Assembly: GCA_009929795.1 (NCBI GenBank)
Contig: RZZR01000003.1
Coordinates: forward strand, 3,747-67,746
Reading direction: 5' to 3'
Length of the DNA stretch: 64,000 nt
DNA from: Deltaproteobacteria bacterium
GTDB lineage: Bacteria > Desulfobacterota > Desulfovibrionia > Desulfovibrionales > Desulfomicrobiaceae
A model generated the notes under the pieces. The model saw only the letters and a list, made by a program, of their open reading frames with translations. It did no database searches and had not been told where the DNA came from. The position numbers were made by a program, and so were the translations under genes. This document shows positions 8,749 to 17,720 of the stretch, in pieces (the first letter of the stretch is position 1; the number at the start of each line of letters is the position of its first letter).

Positions 8749-10692
8749 ATGATTCATGTCGAACGGTTCAAAGACTACTACCTGACCAGGCGCATCGGCG
8801 TCGGCGGTATGGCCGAAATTTTCCGCGGCCGGAAAATCGGCGAGGGTGGCTTTGAAAAGCCGGTTGTCGTCAAACGGCTGCTAACCCACCTAGCCAGCGA
8901 CGAGTCCTTTCGGGCCATGTTTCTGGACGAGGCCCGCCTAGCCAGCCAGCTCTCCCACCCAAACATCGTCCACGTCTACGACCTTGGCAAATACATCCAG
9001 GGTGGGTCTGAAAACTACTTCATCGCCATGGAGTATGTCTTCGGCAAAAACTTGGCTGAAATTCGGAACCAGGCAGCCGCCCGAAATCTTTTTCCGTCCA
9101 TCGAGCATATCGCTCGCATCGTCTCCGGGGCCGCTCTGGCCTTGCATCACGCTCATTTCAGGATGGACGACTGCGGCAAGCCTTTGAACATTGTTCACCG
9201 GGACGTCAGTCCGCAGAACATTCTCCTCTCCTACGAGGGCGAGGTGAAGCTGGCCGACTTCGGCATCGCCAAGGCCCTGACCAAGTCCCAGCACACCCAG
9301 GCCGGGGTCCTCAAGGGCAAGCTGGCCTACATGTCCCCGGAACAGGCCAGGGGCGAATCCATAGATTACCGGGCCGACATCTATGCCCTGGGAATCGTTC
9401 TGTGGGAACTACTGACCGCCAAGCGCCTCTTCGTTGGAGACAACGAGGCGGCCACTCTGCGTAACGTACTCGAACCCACCGTTTGCCCTCCAACCGAGAT
9501 TGCCCCCCACGTGCCACCGGAACTGGACGCCATGTGTCTGCGGTGTCTGGCCGTCAAACCCGAAGATCGCTACCCGAATGCCATGGCCCTGGCCAAGGAC
9601 CTGGAAAAATTTTTGCACGACTCCGGGCTAACGTCCGGGTCACATGCCCTGCGGGACTATCTGCGGGGGCTCTTCGCCAAGGAAATCGAAGAGGAGAACG
9701 CCCAGATCCAGGAGGAAGCTCTGGCCGTACGCAGGATGGTCGGTGCGGAAAACAAAGGGGTCGAGGAAAAGACCCTGGCTGCGGAACCGGTTTCGGACGG
9801 GACAGGGTCTCGATCGGAAAACAGGTCTACGAATTCCGTCAAGCCGAAAAGATCCCGTAGGCCGATATGGGTCATGCTGGCCATCGGCGGACTCGCGATA
9901 TTGGGAATTGGCGGACTTCTCCTTTTGAGCGGGAATGACCCTCAGGTCAATCTCAAGGATACTCCTCAGCCGCCGTCCACATCTGTCGAGACCACCGAAG
10001 CGCATGAGGACCCATCGGCGGCACTCCCTGTGGAACCGGCTTCAGAGATCCCCGAGACTCAGGAAGAAACGGATATTGAGAAGCCTTCCTCCGAGGACCT
10101 TGAGGCCTCCCGCCTGGCCAGGACCCGCAGTCAAATCGAAGGATTGGTGCAAGCGGGTCAGGTCGAGGATGCCCTGGCCATTCTTGATCAGGCCGAAGAC
10201 CGTCGCCCTTGGAGCGTCCCCGAGCTCGGCCCGGCCCGGTCCGCAGCCTTGAAGGCCTTGGCTGCTGGGCTCCAGGACGGGGACCCTGAACGGGCCGTGG
10301 CCATCCTGCGAGAGATCGCCGCCCATGAGCGGGATAACGCCCAGACCTATCTGACCCTGGGACGGATGCTGACCCGCCTCGGCCGAATCCCCGAGGCCAT
10401 CGAGTCCTACGACTTGGCCCTGCTCCAGGATGAGCGGCTCCACGAGGCCCATTACAACAACGGGGTCCTCTGGCTCCGTCTGGGACGAATGGATCTGGCC
10501 GAACGGGCCTTGCTCAGAACCTTGGCCCTGAATCCGCCCTACTCAGCCGACATCTACGTCAACTTGGCCGCCTGCAAGGCTCAAGGCGGAGCAAAGGACG
10601 AGGCCGTGGCATATCTTCGCAAAGCTCTTGAAATTGACCCCGGCCATGAAATCGCACGGTACAACCTCAACGTATTGGCATTCCAACCCTAA
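8749..10692 (+). CDS. Hanks-type Ser/Thr protein kinase with one TM helix and periplasmic TPR domain
   Basis: Gly-loop IGVGGMAEIF, catalytic loop HRDVSPQNILL, DFGIAK and YMSPEQ. TM helix IWVMLAIGGLAILGIGGLLLL. C-terminal TPR repeats (YLTLGRMLTRLGRIPEAIESYDLALLQDERLHEAHYNNG...). Confidence 0.85.
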   Translation: MIHVERFKDYYLTRRIGVGGMAEIFRGRKIGEGGFEKPVVVKRLLTHLASDESFRAMFLDEARLASQLSHPNIVHVYDLGKYIQGGSENYFIAMEYVFGKNLAEIRNQAAARNLFPSIEHIARIVSGAALALHHAHFRMDDCGKPLNIVHRDVSPQNILLSYEGEVKLADFGIAKALTKSQHTQAGVLKGKLAYMSPEQARGESIDYRADIYALGIVLWELLTAKRLFVGDNEAATLRNVLEPTVCPPTEIAPHVPPELDAMCLRCLAVKPEDRYPNAMALAKDLEKFLHDSGLTSGSHALRDYLRGLFAKEIEEENAQIQEEALAVRRMVGAENKGVEEKTLAAEPVSDGTGSRSENRSTNSVKPKRSRRPIWVMLAIGGLAILGIGGLLLLSGNDPQVNLKDTPQPPSTSVETTEAHEDPSAALPVEPASEIPETQEETDIEKPSSEDLEASRLARTRSQIEGLVQAGQVEDALAILDQAEDRRPWSVPELGPARSAALKALAAGLQDGDPERAVAILREIAAHERDNAQTYLTLGRMLTRLGRIPEAIESYDLALLQDERLHEAHYNNGVLWLRLGRMDLAERALLRTLALNPPYSADIYVNLAACKAQGGAKDEAVAYLRKALEIDPGHEIARYNLNVLAFQP

Positions 10693-10716
10693 TCCTCAAC
10701 CCACGGAAGAATTCCC

Positions 10717-11226
10717 ATGTCTGTACGCCGTTTGCTTCTAATATTTCTTTGTCTTCTGGCTCTTGGGCTCTGCCTCGGGTGCAAAAAAAAACCTTCGAGC
10801 CAGTCAAGTCCGGCGACCGAAAAGCATCTCTCCCACACCATCCGCCACCAGGGTGAAACGCTGGCCATCATCTCCCAATGGTACACCGGAGACCCGGGGC
10901 ACTGGCGGACCCTGATGAACCTCAATGGCATCGCCTCTCCCACGGCTCTTCGTCTGGGGCAGACCATTGTCATCCCCATGAACCTGGTCAAGACCTCCAA
11001 GCCATTGCCTGCCTCATTCATTAAGGAACAAACTCGGCCCAAGGCCCAGACCAAGACCCAAACCAAGGTCCAGAAAAAGCCCAAGCCCGACATGGCGCCG
11101 GCTTCCGATGCCCAGGCCGAACCCGAATCCCCACTGGTCGAATCCGAGAAAATCGCCGATGAACAGGCTGCTCCGGACACGGATGCCCAGACTCCACCTC
11201 CTTTGATCATCGCCCCGCCCCGATAG
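10717..11226 (+). CDS. LysM-domain lipoprotein with Lys/Pro/Thr/Gln-rich tail
   Basis: Lipobox LGLCLGC. LysM segment HTIRHQGETLAIISQWYTGDPGHWRTLMNLNGIASPTALRLGQTIVIP. Confidence 0.7.
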   Translation: MSVRRLLLIFLCLLALGLCLGCKKKPSSQSSPATEKHLSHTIRHQGETLAIISQWYTGDPGHWRTLMNLNGIASPTALRLGQTIVIPMNLVKTSKPLPASFIKEQTRPKAQTKTQTKVQKKPKPDMAPASDAQAEPESPLVESEKIADEQAAPDTDAQTPPPLIIAPPR

Positions 11227-11242
11227 ACAAAAAGACCTTTCC

Positions 11243-11278
11243 AAAAAAAAGCTGCGGGATCAACGTCCTGCGGCTTTT
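11243..11278. terminator. Bidirectional stem-loop terminator between convergent genes
   Basis: AAAAAAAA-GCTGCGGGA-tcaacg-TCCTGCGGC-TTTT. The 9-bp stem has two G-U pairs and is flanked by an A-run and a T-run. It overlaps the last codons of the minus-strand gene. Confidence 0.55.
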
Positions 11279-11970
11279 GTTATATACGCCGGGGTTCCGT
11301 TCAGTTCGGACCACGGGATGAAAATTCTCTTCTGTCCTTCCACATACGGCGCAACCGTTCCCCGGGAGAAAAAAATATACACCCCATCGGACATGGGGGC
11401 CACCAGACGGAAGTTATCCTCTCTCGGCTCTGTCACTCTGTACAGCATGGACGGCTCAAGCATGTCCCCGAGTTCTCGGGACAGCTTCTTGCTGGCCGAA
11501 GCTCCCATCCGCTCCAGGGACTTTGGGTCGTCCAGACCGAGATCGGCCAAACGAATCCGTTCCTTTCGCAGGCAGTCTATGGTGACGCTCAGCAAGTCGT
11601 GGCTTGGATGCGCCCCGCCAGCGTAGGACTCGATCTCGTAGACCACCGTGACCAACCTGGGGCTGCCCCAGTACACGGAATACCAGACGTCCAGGTTGTT
11701 GATCGGGCCCGGCTCCAGATCATGACCAAGCCTCGAAACAGCCCTGAAATCTTCAACGAATCCCTTTAGGGGCCAAAAGGCCAAACGATCGAGTTCCGGG
11801 TCGGAAAAAACGGGAAAGCGGATAACCATGATATGGTCGCAATCCCGTTCTTCCAGAATACCGGAGCGGACCACCGGATGTATGTTGCGCGGAACCTGGA
11901 CTGCAAGACAACCGGCCGAAACACTTAGGATCACGGTCCCCAGAATGAACGTGAGCGCGACCCTCTTCAA
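11260..11970 (-). CDS. DUF3298/DUF4163-like lipoprotein
   Basis: Signal peptide with lipobox VSAGC. The YAGGAHPSH motif is typical of DUF3298 (PdaC/RsiV-type) domains, as I recall the family. Confidence 0.5.
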   Translation of the reverse strand: MKRVALTFILGTVILSVSAGCLAVQVPRNIHPVVRSGILEERDCDHIMVIRFPVFSDPELDRLAFWPLKGFVEDFRAVSRLGHDLEPGPINNLDVWYSVYWGSPRLVTVVYEIESYAGGAHPSHDLLSVTIDCLRKERIRLADLGLDDPKSLERMGASASKKLSRELGDMLEPSMLYRVTEPREDNFRLVAPMSDGVYIFFSRGTVAPYVEGQKRIFIPWSELNGTPAYITKAAGR

Positions 11971-11976
11971 GGTTTC

Positions 11977-12180
11977 CTAGACCACCCTGCTCTGGACCAA
12001 CTGGGCGAAATGCTCGAAGGACCTGTCGAACGTCTTCTCGGCCGAGGCCGGAAAACAGCAAGCCGGCAATTCCCTGCTGCGCAGGTGATATGCCAAGCAC
12101 TCGCAGCACATCCCCTTTCTCGGACAGGGCTCGTAGGTGCAATTGCATCGCATACGGTTTTTGTCCTTTTGGCAGTCCAT
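11977..12180 (-). CDS. Small Cys-rich cytoplasmic protein (DUF6485-like)
   Basis: MDCQKDKNRMRCNCTYEPCPRKGMCCECLAYHLRSRELPACCF. The ATG at 12180 is preceded by GGAGGG. The longer listed ORF (to 12228) would run into the qrc terminator. Confidence 0.5.
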   Translation of the reverse strand: MDCQKDKNRMRCNCTYEPCPRKGMCCECLAYHLRSRELPACCFPASAEKTFDRSFEHFAQLVQSRVV

Positions 12181-12220
12181 TGTTCCCTCCAGATCGCTTT
12201 CGGTGTGTGTCGAATCCATA

Positions 12221-12249
12221 AAACTCAAAGGGCCGCCCCATGGCGGCCC
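12221..12249 (-). terminator. Rho-independent terminator after qrcD
   Basis: On the minus strand: GGGCCGCC-atgg-GGCGGCCC followed by TTTGAGTTTT. Confidence 0.65.
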
Positions 12250-12285
12250 TTCTCGGATTCAAAGACAATAAGAAAAACCCACGGA

Positions 12286-13521
12286 TCAGGCGTTCAGCTT
12301 CCGCTCCTGAGGGAACACAGGCAGATATCTGTAGGACAGGCTGAGGATCAGGAAGGAATAGGCCACGATCATCAGCGTGGTGGACCACTCGGCCCAGTTG
12401 GGAATGTAGTACTGCCAAGTGTCAAAGGGCATGACCGGGATGGCCAAAGCCTGAACGGTGAAAACGAAACGGTTCACGACAACGCCTAGACAGTTCAAGA
12501 TGGCCGCCGAATACAGCAGAGCGGGCCGGTTGCGAAAAGCCGGAACCACCAGAAGGATGGCCGGGAGCACTCCGCATATTCCGAGTTCAAGCCACAAGAG
12601 CCACGTTCCGTATCCAAGCTCGGAGTTGAACATCTGGTCAAAGGTCAGGCCCATGTTGGGCAGGATTCCTTGAGCCCAGGCCCAAGTGTCCAGAATCTTA
12701 AAGAACATGTAGAAGCAGAGCAACAAACCGGCGATCTTGCCCATCAGTACCTTCGTCGAAAAATCAACAAGCTTCTTGCCGGTCAAAAGTTCCATGAACT
12801 TGGCCACCAACATGGTGAAGGCCGGCCCTGAAGCGATGGCCGAGGCGATGAACAAGAAGAAGGTCCAGGGCCAGATGAAAAATCCCTCGCGGAAGACAAA
12901 GGGTCGACCGAACAGCACACCGTACATGCCGCCCAGAGATCCTTGGTGGAAGAAGGACAGAAAGGTGCCAACACCGGCAAAAAGCGGCATGTACACATGG
13001 AGATTGTGGGCCATGTGATGGAGGAACCGAATTTCGTTCAACTTCCTATTCTCGAAAATGATCGGCAGATATTCAATAATCAAAACCATGCAGTAACAAG
13101 TGATGCAGAAGATAACTTCGGTCAGCATGGAGTGGACATTAGGGTGCCAGTATCCGAACCAGGCCCGGATGGGCTGCCCAATATCCAGGGTCAGGATGAT
13201 CATGGCCCCGGAATAACACAGGAACCCGACGATGACCGCCAGATTGATGATGTTCTTCAGTTGGTCGATACGGATGATGTACCTGAGAAAACCGCTGAAG
13301 AAGGCACCGGCCCCGAGACCAATGACTGCGAGGTCGAAGGTGATCCACAGCCCGAATCCGAAATAGTTATCCAGGCCTGTAACGCCCAGGCCAGAACTCA
13401 GGATACGGAAGGCACCGTATAGACCCCAGGCCAGGAACAGGCCAATGAATCCGAGCCAGGCAAGGAATCGTCCGAGAGAACAGCGCTCCACCCCTTCGGG
13501 CATCAAGGCTTTGTCTATCAT
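12286..13521 (-). CDS. qrcD: Quinone reductase complex membrane subunit QrcD (NrfD/PsrC family)
   Basis: 411 aa polytopic membrane protein of NrfD type. It is the last gene of a cytochrome c / molybdopterin-like / FeS / NrfD four-gene set. Confidence 0.75.
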   Translation of the reverse strand: MIDKALMPEGVERCSLGRFLAWLGFIGLFLAWGLYGAFRILSSGLGVTGLDNYFGFGLWITFDLAVIGLGAGAFFSGFLRYIIRIDQLKNIINLAVIVGFLCYSGAMIILTLDIGQPIRAWFGYWHPNVHSMLTEVIFCITCYCMVLIIEYLPIIFENRKLNEIRFLHHMAHNLHVYMPLFAGVGTFLSFFHQGSLGGMYGVLFGRPFVFREGFFIWPWTFFLFIASAIASGPAFTMLVAKFMELLTGKKLVDFSTKVLMGKIAGLLLCFYMFFKILDTWAWAQGILPNMGLTFDQMFNSELGYGTWLLWLELGICGVLPAILLVVPAFRNRPALLYSAAILNCLGVVVNRFVFTVQALAIPVMPFDTWQYYIPNWAEWSTTLMIVAYSFLILSLSYRYLPVFPQERKLNA

Positions 13522-13524
13522 GGC

Positions 13525-14292
13525 CTACTCCCCCTTGGTCTTTTCGTGTTTGAGGTAGTTGTCACCCTGTCGGCGGACCCACTCGCGCTTGGAGTAGTAG
13601 TACACCTGAGGATCCGTGCCCAATTTTTCCAAAAGCCGGAAAGCATATGGACTCTTGGATAGCTTGTGCACTTCGTGCTCCGGGTTCAAAAGATCCCCGA
13701 AATGCATGGCCCCGGTGGGGCAGATATCGACACAGGCCGGAATATAGGCATCCTCGGCCAAATGGCTGGGGTCATGTCCTTCGTGGCGAGCCTTTTCCTT
13801 GGCCGCCATCCAGCGATGGTGGCAGAAGGTGCATTTCTCGACCACGCCCCGGGGCCTGACGGAAGTAAACGGGGTCAAAACCTTGTCCAGTCCTTCGGGC
13901 CAAACCGGGTCGTGCCAGTTGAAGTACCTGGCATGATACGGGCAGGCGGCCATGCAGTACCGGCAACCGATGCACCGGGGGTAGACCTGGCTGACGATAC
14001 CACCCTCCTCGTCTTTGGTCGTGGCTACCACAGGGCAGACCGTAGAACACGATGGATGTCCGCACTGCATGCACGGACGGGGCAGATAGGCCACATCATG
14101 GTTCGGAAAATCCTGCTTATTGGACAACTGATAGACCAGCATCCAGGACAACGTCCTCAATTTGTTGGAGGCCTCGGTCACCGGTGCAACATTGTTCTCG
14201 GCCTGACAGGCGACCATGCAGGCTCCGCAACCCGTGCACTTGTCGATGTCAATGACCATTCCCCATTTTATGTGAAAAGTATGCGCTTGCAT
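13525..14292 (-). CDS. qrcC: Qrc iron-sulfur subunit QrcC (4Fe-4S ferredoxin, HybA-like)
   Basis: CTGCGACMVACQ, CMQCGHPSCSTVCP, CIGCRYCMAACP and CTFC...CVDICP cluster motifs. Confidence 0.75.
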   Translation of the reverse strand: MQAHTFHIKWGMVIDIDKCTGCGACMVACQAENNVAPVTEASNKLRTLSWMLVYQLSNKQDFPNHDVAYLPRPCMQCGHPSCSTVCPVVATTKDEEGGIVSQVYPRCIGCRYCMAACPYHARYFNWHDPVWPEGLDKVLTPFTSVRPRGVVEKCTFCHHRWMAAKEKARHEGHDPSHLAEDAYIPACVDICPTGAMHFGDLLNPEHEVHKLSKSPYAFRLLEKLGTDPQVYYYSKREWVRRQGDNYLKHEKTKGE

Positions 14293-14326
14293 ATCAATAT
14301 CCCTCTTGGTTTCGCTTCAGTGGGTC

Positions 14327-16396
14327 TTAGGCCCTGGACACCGTAATCTGGGGATTGCCGAAGGAGGCTCCGCCCTGGCTGTCAAGGCCCTGGACAAGAA
14401 GCACGTCACAGGCATTGGTCCCCTTGCCTCTGGAGAAATCGTCCCAGGCCGTATGGCCGAAACCCAGGCACGCTGACACGGCCCCGGGCACGACACCTTC
14501 GAAAATCTGAACCCGGCCCTTCATTTCCCCGGACTGGCTGGCAATCTTGACCATGCTCCCCTGATCGACGCCTATCATGGCCGCCGTGGCCTTGTTCATG
14601 GCCACGAAACAATCCTGGCCCTGTAACTCCCGTTCGGAAATGGTCAGAACATTGAAGGGTGGTGTGGCCATCTTGGCACTTCCGATGTTCAACTTGACCA
14701 CCGGAGCCAAAACCAGTTGTCCGTCGGCCCCCTTCTTGCCGAGGTCCGCATCGAACGGAACCTTCCACATTGAGAGGAAGAACTGGAAGGCCGTACGTTC
14801 CGAAGTCCAGGCTTCCCCATCCTCGAGCAGACCCGACCAGTCGGCCCCGAGATTCTCGGCTCTGGCCTGAAGGACCTCTTCGAAAGATTCTAACCCCAGA
14901 CCGAGGCCGAGTTCATCCGCCACAGCAAGAATTATGTCGCCTGCGGTTTTGGTGTCGTTAACCGGGCCGATGACAGGGGCTGTTGCCAGGTATGTTCCCT
15001 TGGCCGAGCCGTAGGGCGTGTAGGAGTCGTCGAATCCCTCAAATGAATAAGACGCAGGAAGGATGAGGTCGGCCATGGCCGCCGTCTCGTCCATGAACGA
15101 ACTGAAACTGACCAGGAACCCGGCCTTCCGCAAAGAGTTTGCCATGCTCTGCCCCCCGGGCAAGGCATAGGCGGGATTGGCCTCGTGGACGAGCATGACC
15201 GCTGGTGCCTCGTTCCGGCCAACCGCGACTCCTTCGAGAAAAGCGACCAGATCTTTCGCCAGCATGGCGTCGCGACGCGGAGCCCCCTCAAACACCGGCT
15301 CGGCCCAGGGCACGATTCGCACCCCACCTTCCTGGTTGATGCGGCCGAGGAGAAAATTGAGGCTCATGCCGGCCGCAGCCTCGAACGTGCTCAATCCCTG
15401 TCCGATTTCAGATCCGATGACCACAACGGGCTTTTTGGCCCGGAGCAGCCGCTCTGAAAGGTCCTTAATCTTGGCGGCCTGAACCCCGGTCTTGGCCTCC
15501 ACCTGGGCCGGGCTAAACCCCTTGCGCACGAAGTCGGAAAATTCGCTCATACCCATGGTGTCGGCGCTTCGACCAGCCTGGATCAGGGCGTTGGCGACAC
15601 CCAAGGCCAGAATGGCCTCGGTGCCTGGCATACAGGGTATCCACTCATCGGCCACAGCCGCAGTCCCATTCTCAACGGGACCGGCATAAAGCAAGGATCC
15701 CCCTGTGGCCTTGGCGTCCATACAGGACTTGCCGACGCCCGGTCCCCACGCCTGGCAGATATCGGCTCCAAGGACCAAGATGCAGTCGGAGTTTTCGAAA
15801 TCGTATCCAGGTTGCCCGTCACCGCCAAAGACATTCTGCCATGCTCGAACCGCCGGTCCGGCCTCGCTGGGCATCAGAAAATACTGATCCGAACCAAGCC
15901 CTGCCACAAGGGCGGCCAAGACCTCGGCCGCGGTGCCGGTCTCGTCTCCGGATATCATAGCCACCTTGTCACCAGCAACCTTAATCTTATCCTTTAAAAT
16001 GGACAAACCCTCGTCCCAGGATATCGGAACCATGGAGGCCCCGTCTTTCTTCATCGGCGATTTGACCCTGGCCGGGCTGTACAGGAGTTGAACGCTGGCC
16101 GCTCCGAGCGGACAGACGCCGCCCTTACTGGCCGGATCCTTTTCGTTCCCGTAGGCTGTGACCGGCCGGCCCCCGACGGTCAACACTTCAACGCCGTATG
16201 CGTCGGGTCCCAATTTACACAAGGCCGACTTTCGATCCAGTGCCCCATAGGACAGGCGCGGAATCCATGGCCAATTCTGAGACCATATGGATGCATCGTC
16301 CAGGAGTTTCCACACAACCGGGGTGAAGAGGATACCGCCGGTGCCACCAGCCAAGAACGAGATAAAGCTTCTTCGATCGAGTCCCATCTTCTTCAT
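14327..16396 (-). CDS. qrcB: Qrc molybdopterin-oxidoreductase-family subunit QrcB
   Basis: Start taken at MKKMGLDRRSFISFLAGG (twin-arginine-like leader) with GAGGGG upstream. The body is a large molybdopterin oxidoreductase-like protein. The listed ORF extends to 16456 but overlaps qrcA. Confidence 0.75.
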   Translation of the reverse strand: MKKMGLDRRSFISFLAGGTGGILFTPVVWKLLDDASIWSQNWPWIPRLSYGALDRKSALCKLGPDAYGVEVLTVGGRPVTAYGNEKDPASKGGVCPLGAASVQLLYSPARVKSPMKKDGASMVPISWDEGLSILKDKIKVAGDKVAMISGDETGTAAEVLAALVAGLGSDQYFLMPSEAGPAVRAWQNVFGGDGQPGYDFENSDCILVLGADICQAWGPGVGKSCMDAKATGGSLLYAGPVENGTAAVADEWIPCMPGTEAILALGVANALIQAGRSADTMGMSEFSDFVRKGFSPAQVEAKTGVQAAKIKDLSERLLRAKKPVVVIGSEIGQGLSTFEAAAGMSLNFLLGRINQEGGVRIVPWAEPVFEGAPRRDAMLAKDLVAFLEGVAVGRNEAPAVMLVHEANPAYALPGGQSMANSLRKAGFLVSFSSFMDETAAMADLILPASYSFEGFDDSYTPYGSAKGTYLATAPVIGPVNDTKTAGDIILAVADELGLGLGLESFEEVLQARAENLGADWSGLLEDGEAWTSERTAFQFFLSMWKVPFDADLGKKGADGQLVLAPVVKLNIGSAKMATPPFNVLTISERELQGQDCFVAMNKATAAMIGVDQGSMVKIASQSGEMKGRVQIFEGVVPGAVSACLGFGHTAWDDFSRGKGTNACDVLLVQGLDSQGGASFGNPQITVSRA

Positions 16397-16404
16397 CCCC
16401 TCGT

Positions 16405-16950
16405 TTATTTGTGACACACGAAGCAGGCATTGCTGGCGCCATTCTCGGCGTGGCAACGCTCACACTCCCACATTTTCATGGTCTGCTTGCTGTATTTGGT
16501 CAGCCTGTTCTCGTAGTACACCGGCAAAGTCTCGTTGAAGGCCATGTCCGGATGGCAGGCCGTGCAGTCCACACCGTCATGGGCGATGTGGGAGAAATAC
16601 ACGTTGTCCGGCTGCTTCTGATAGACATACCATGGTACTTCCTTGTAGTCGCCTTCATTGACGTACTTCTCGACGAACTCAATCTCTGCGGGATCGTCCC
16701 CCATGGGGGCCTCGTGGCAACTGGCGCAGCTTTCCGTTGTCGGAAGGCCGGCGTAGGATCCGTCCTCGCGATAAAAATGGCAGTCTTCGCAGGACATAGC
16801 CTGGTCTTCCACGTGCACCTTGTGGCTGAACTGGAGTGGTTGCGTCTTCTCGCTGTAGAGCAACTGGGGGAACCCCCACCAGCCGAGAAAGAGCGAAGCC
16901 ACAAAACCCGCCACAAAGGGCAGTACAACACAGCTCTTCTTTTTCGACAC
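16405..16950 (-). CDS. qrcA: Qrc membrane-anchored multihaem cytochrome c QrcA
   Basis: GTG start at 16950, 8 nt after GGAGG. N-terminal TM anchor. Five CXXCH motifs counted (CEDCH, CASCH, CTACH, CERCH, CFVCH). Confidence 0.75.
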   Translation of the reverse strand: MSKKKSCVVLPFVAGFVASLFLGWWGFPQLLYSEKTQPLQFSHKVHVEDQAMSCEDCHFYREDGSYAGLPTTESCASCHEAPMGDDPAEIEFVEKYVNEGDYKEVPWYVYQKQPDNVYFSHIAHDGVDCTACHPDMAFNETLPVYYENRLTKYSKQTMKMWECERCHAENGASNACFVCHK

Positions 16951-17046
16951 CTTGTTAACCTCCGTTCCAGAGAATTGAAAAGAACCCCAGCATCCTGACA
17001 AAAGCCCGGATCAACCTATGCAACACCCCGAAGAGGTGTCAAGAGC

Positions 17047-17064
17047 AAATGAAATATTTCACGA
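17047..17064. promoter_or_regulatory. Palindromic operator candidate upstream of qrcA (Rex-box-like)
   Basis: AAATGAAATATTTCACGA contains the perfect palindrome TGAAATATTTCA. It matches 11 of 14 defined positions of TTGTGAA-N4-TTCACAA. It lies in an AT-rich island 5 nt upstream of a candidate TTGACA-N17-ATAGGT promoter (17042..17014, minus strand). Confidence 0.35.
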
Positions 17065-17134
17065 GTAAAAATCAAACAAAAAAATAATTATTCCAAAAGA
17101 ATAGTTGACAACATGGCAGCTTGCGGCCTTAGAT

Positions 17135-17716
17135 CTACTCATTCGGAGCATAGTCGAACGGACTTTGAAATCCTTTCCAGCCGGGGAGTCTCGAATCCTT
17201 TTCAGACAGGAGGGGACGTGTCACCGGCCAATCAACGGCAAGGTCGGGATCGTTCCAAATGAGACCGGCATCATGCTCCGGGGCATAGGGGTTGTCGACC
17301 TTGTAGAGAAATTCAGCTTCCCTGGTCAGCGTCAGATAGGCATGGGCGAACCCCCGGGGCACAAACAGCTGGAGCTTGTTTTCGGCCGACAGTTCCACCG
17401 AATACCAGCGCCCGAAAGATGGCGAACCGCGCCGAAGGTCGACGACCACGTCCAGTACCGTGCCCCGAACCACCCGGACGAGTTTGGCCTGGGCGAAGGG
17501 TGGCAGCTGGAAGTGGAATCCTCTGAGAACTCCCGCCTCTTCGGATCGGGCATGGTTGTCTTGAACGAATTCGCAGTCGAGGCTCTGGGCCATAAAAACC
17601 GCACGGCTGTAGGTTTCCATGAAAAAACCCCGGGAATCGGAAAATACCCTGGGTTTGAGAATCATGAGTCCCGGCAGGGACGTGGTAATGAATTTCATGA
17701 CTTCCAGTTGAAACAT
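17135..17716 (-). CDS. rfbC: dTDP-4-dehydrorhamnose 3,5-epimerase
   Basis: PGLMILKPRVFSDSRGFFMETY...GVLRGFHFQ...QAKLVRVVRGTVLDVVVDLRRGSPSFGRW...LFVPRGFAHAY. An alternative start is at 17698 (MKFITT). Confidence 0.85.
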   Translation of the reverse strand: MFQLEVMKFITTSLPGLMILKPRVFSDSRGFFMETYSRAVFMAQSLDCEFVQDNHARSEEAGVLRGFHFQLPPFAQAKLVRVVRGTVLDVVVDLRRGSPSFGRWYSVELSAENKLQLFVPRGFAHAYLTLTREAEFLYKVDNPYAPEHDAGLIWNDPDLAVDWPVTRPLLSEKDSRLPGWKGFQSPFDYAPNE

Positions 17717-17720
17717 TGGA

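Noticed and set aside
17104-17133. TTGACA-N18-TTAGAT sigma-70-like element on the + strand.
   Set aside because: It would fire antisense into the 3' end of rfbC with no downstream + strand gene. It is probably a chance match in an AT-rich spacer.
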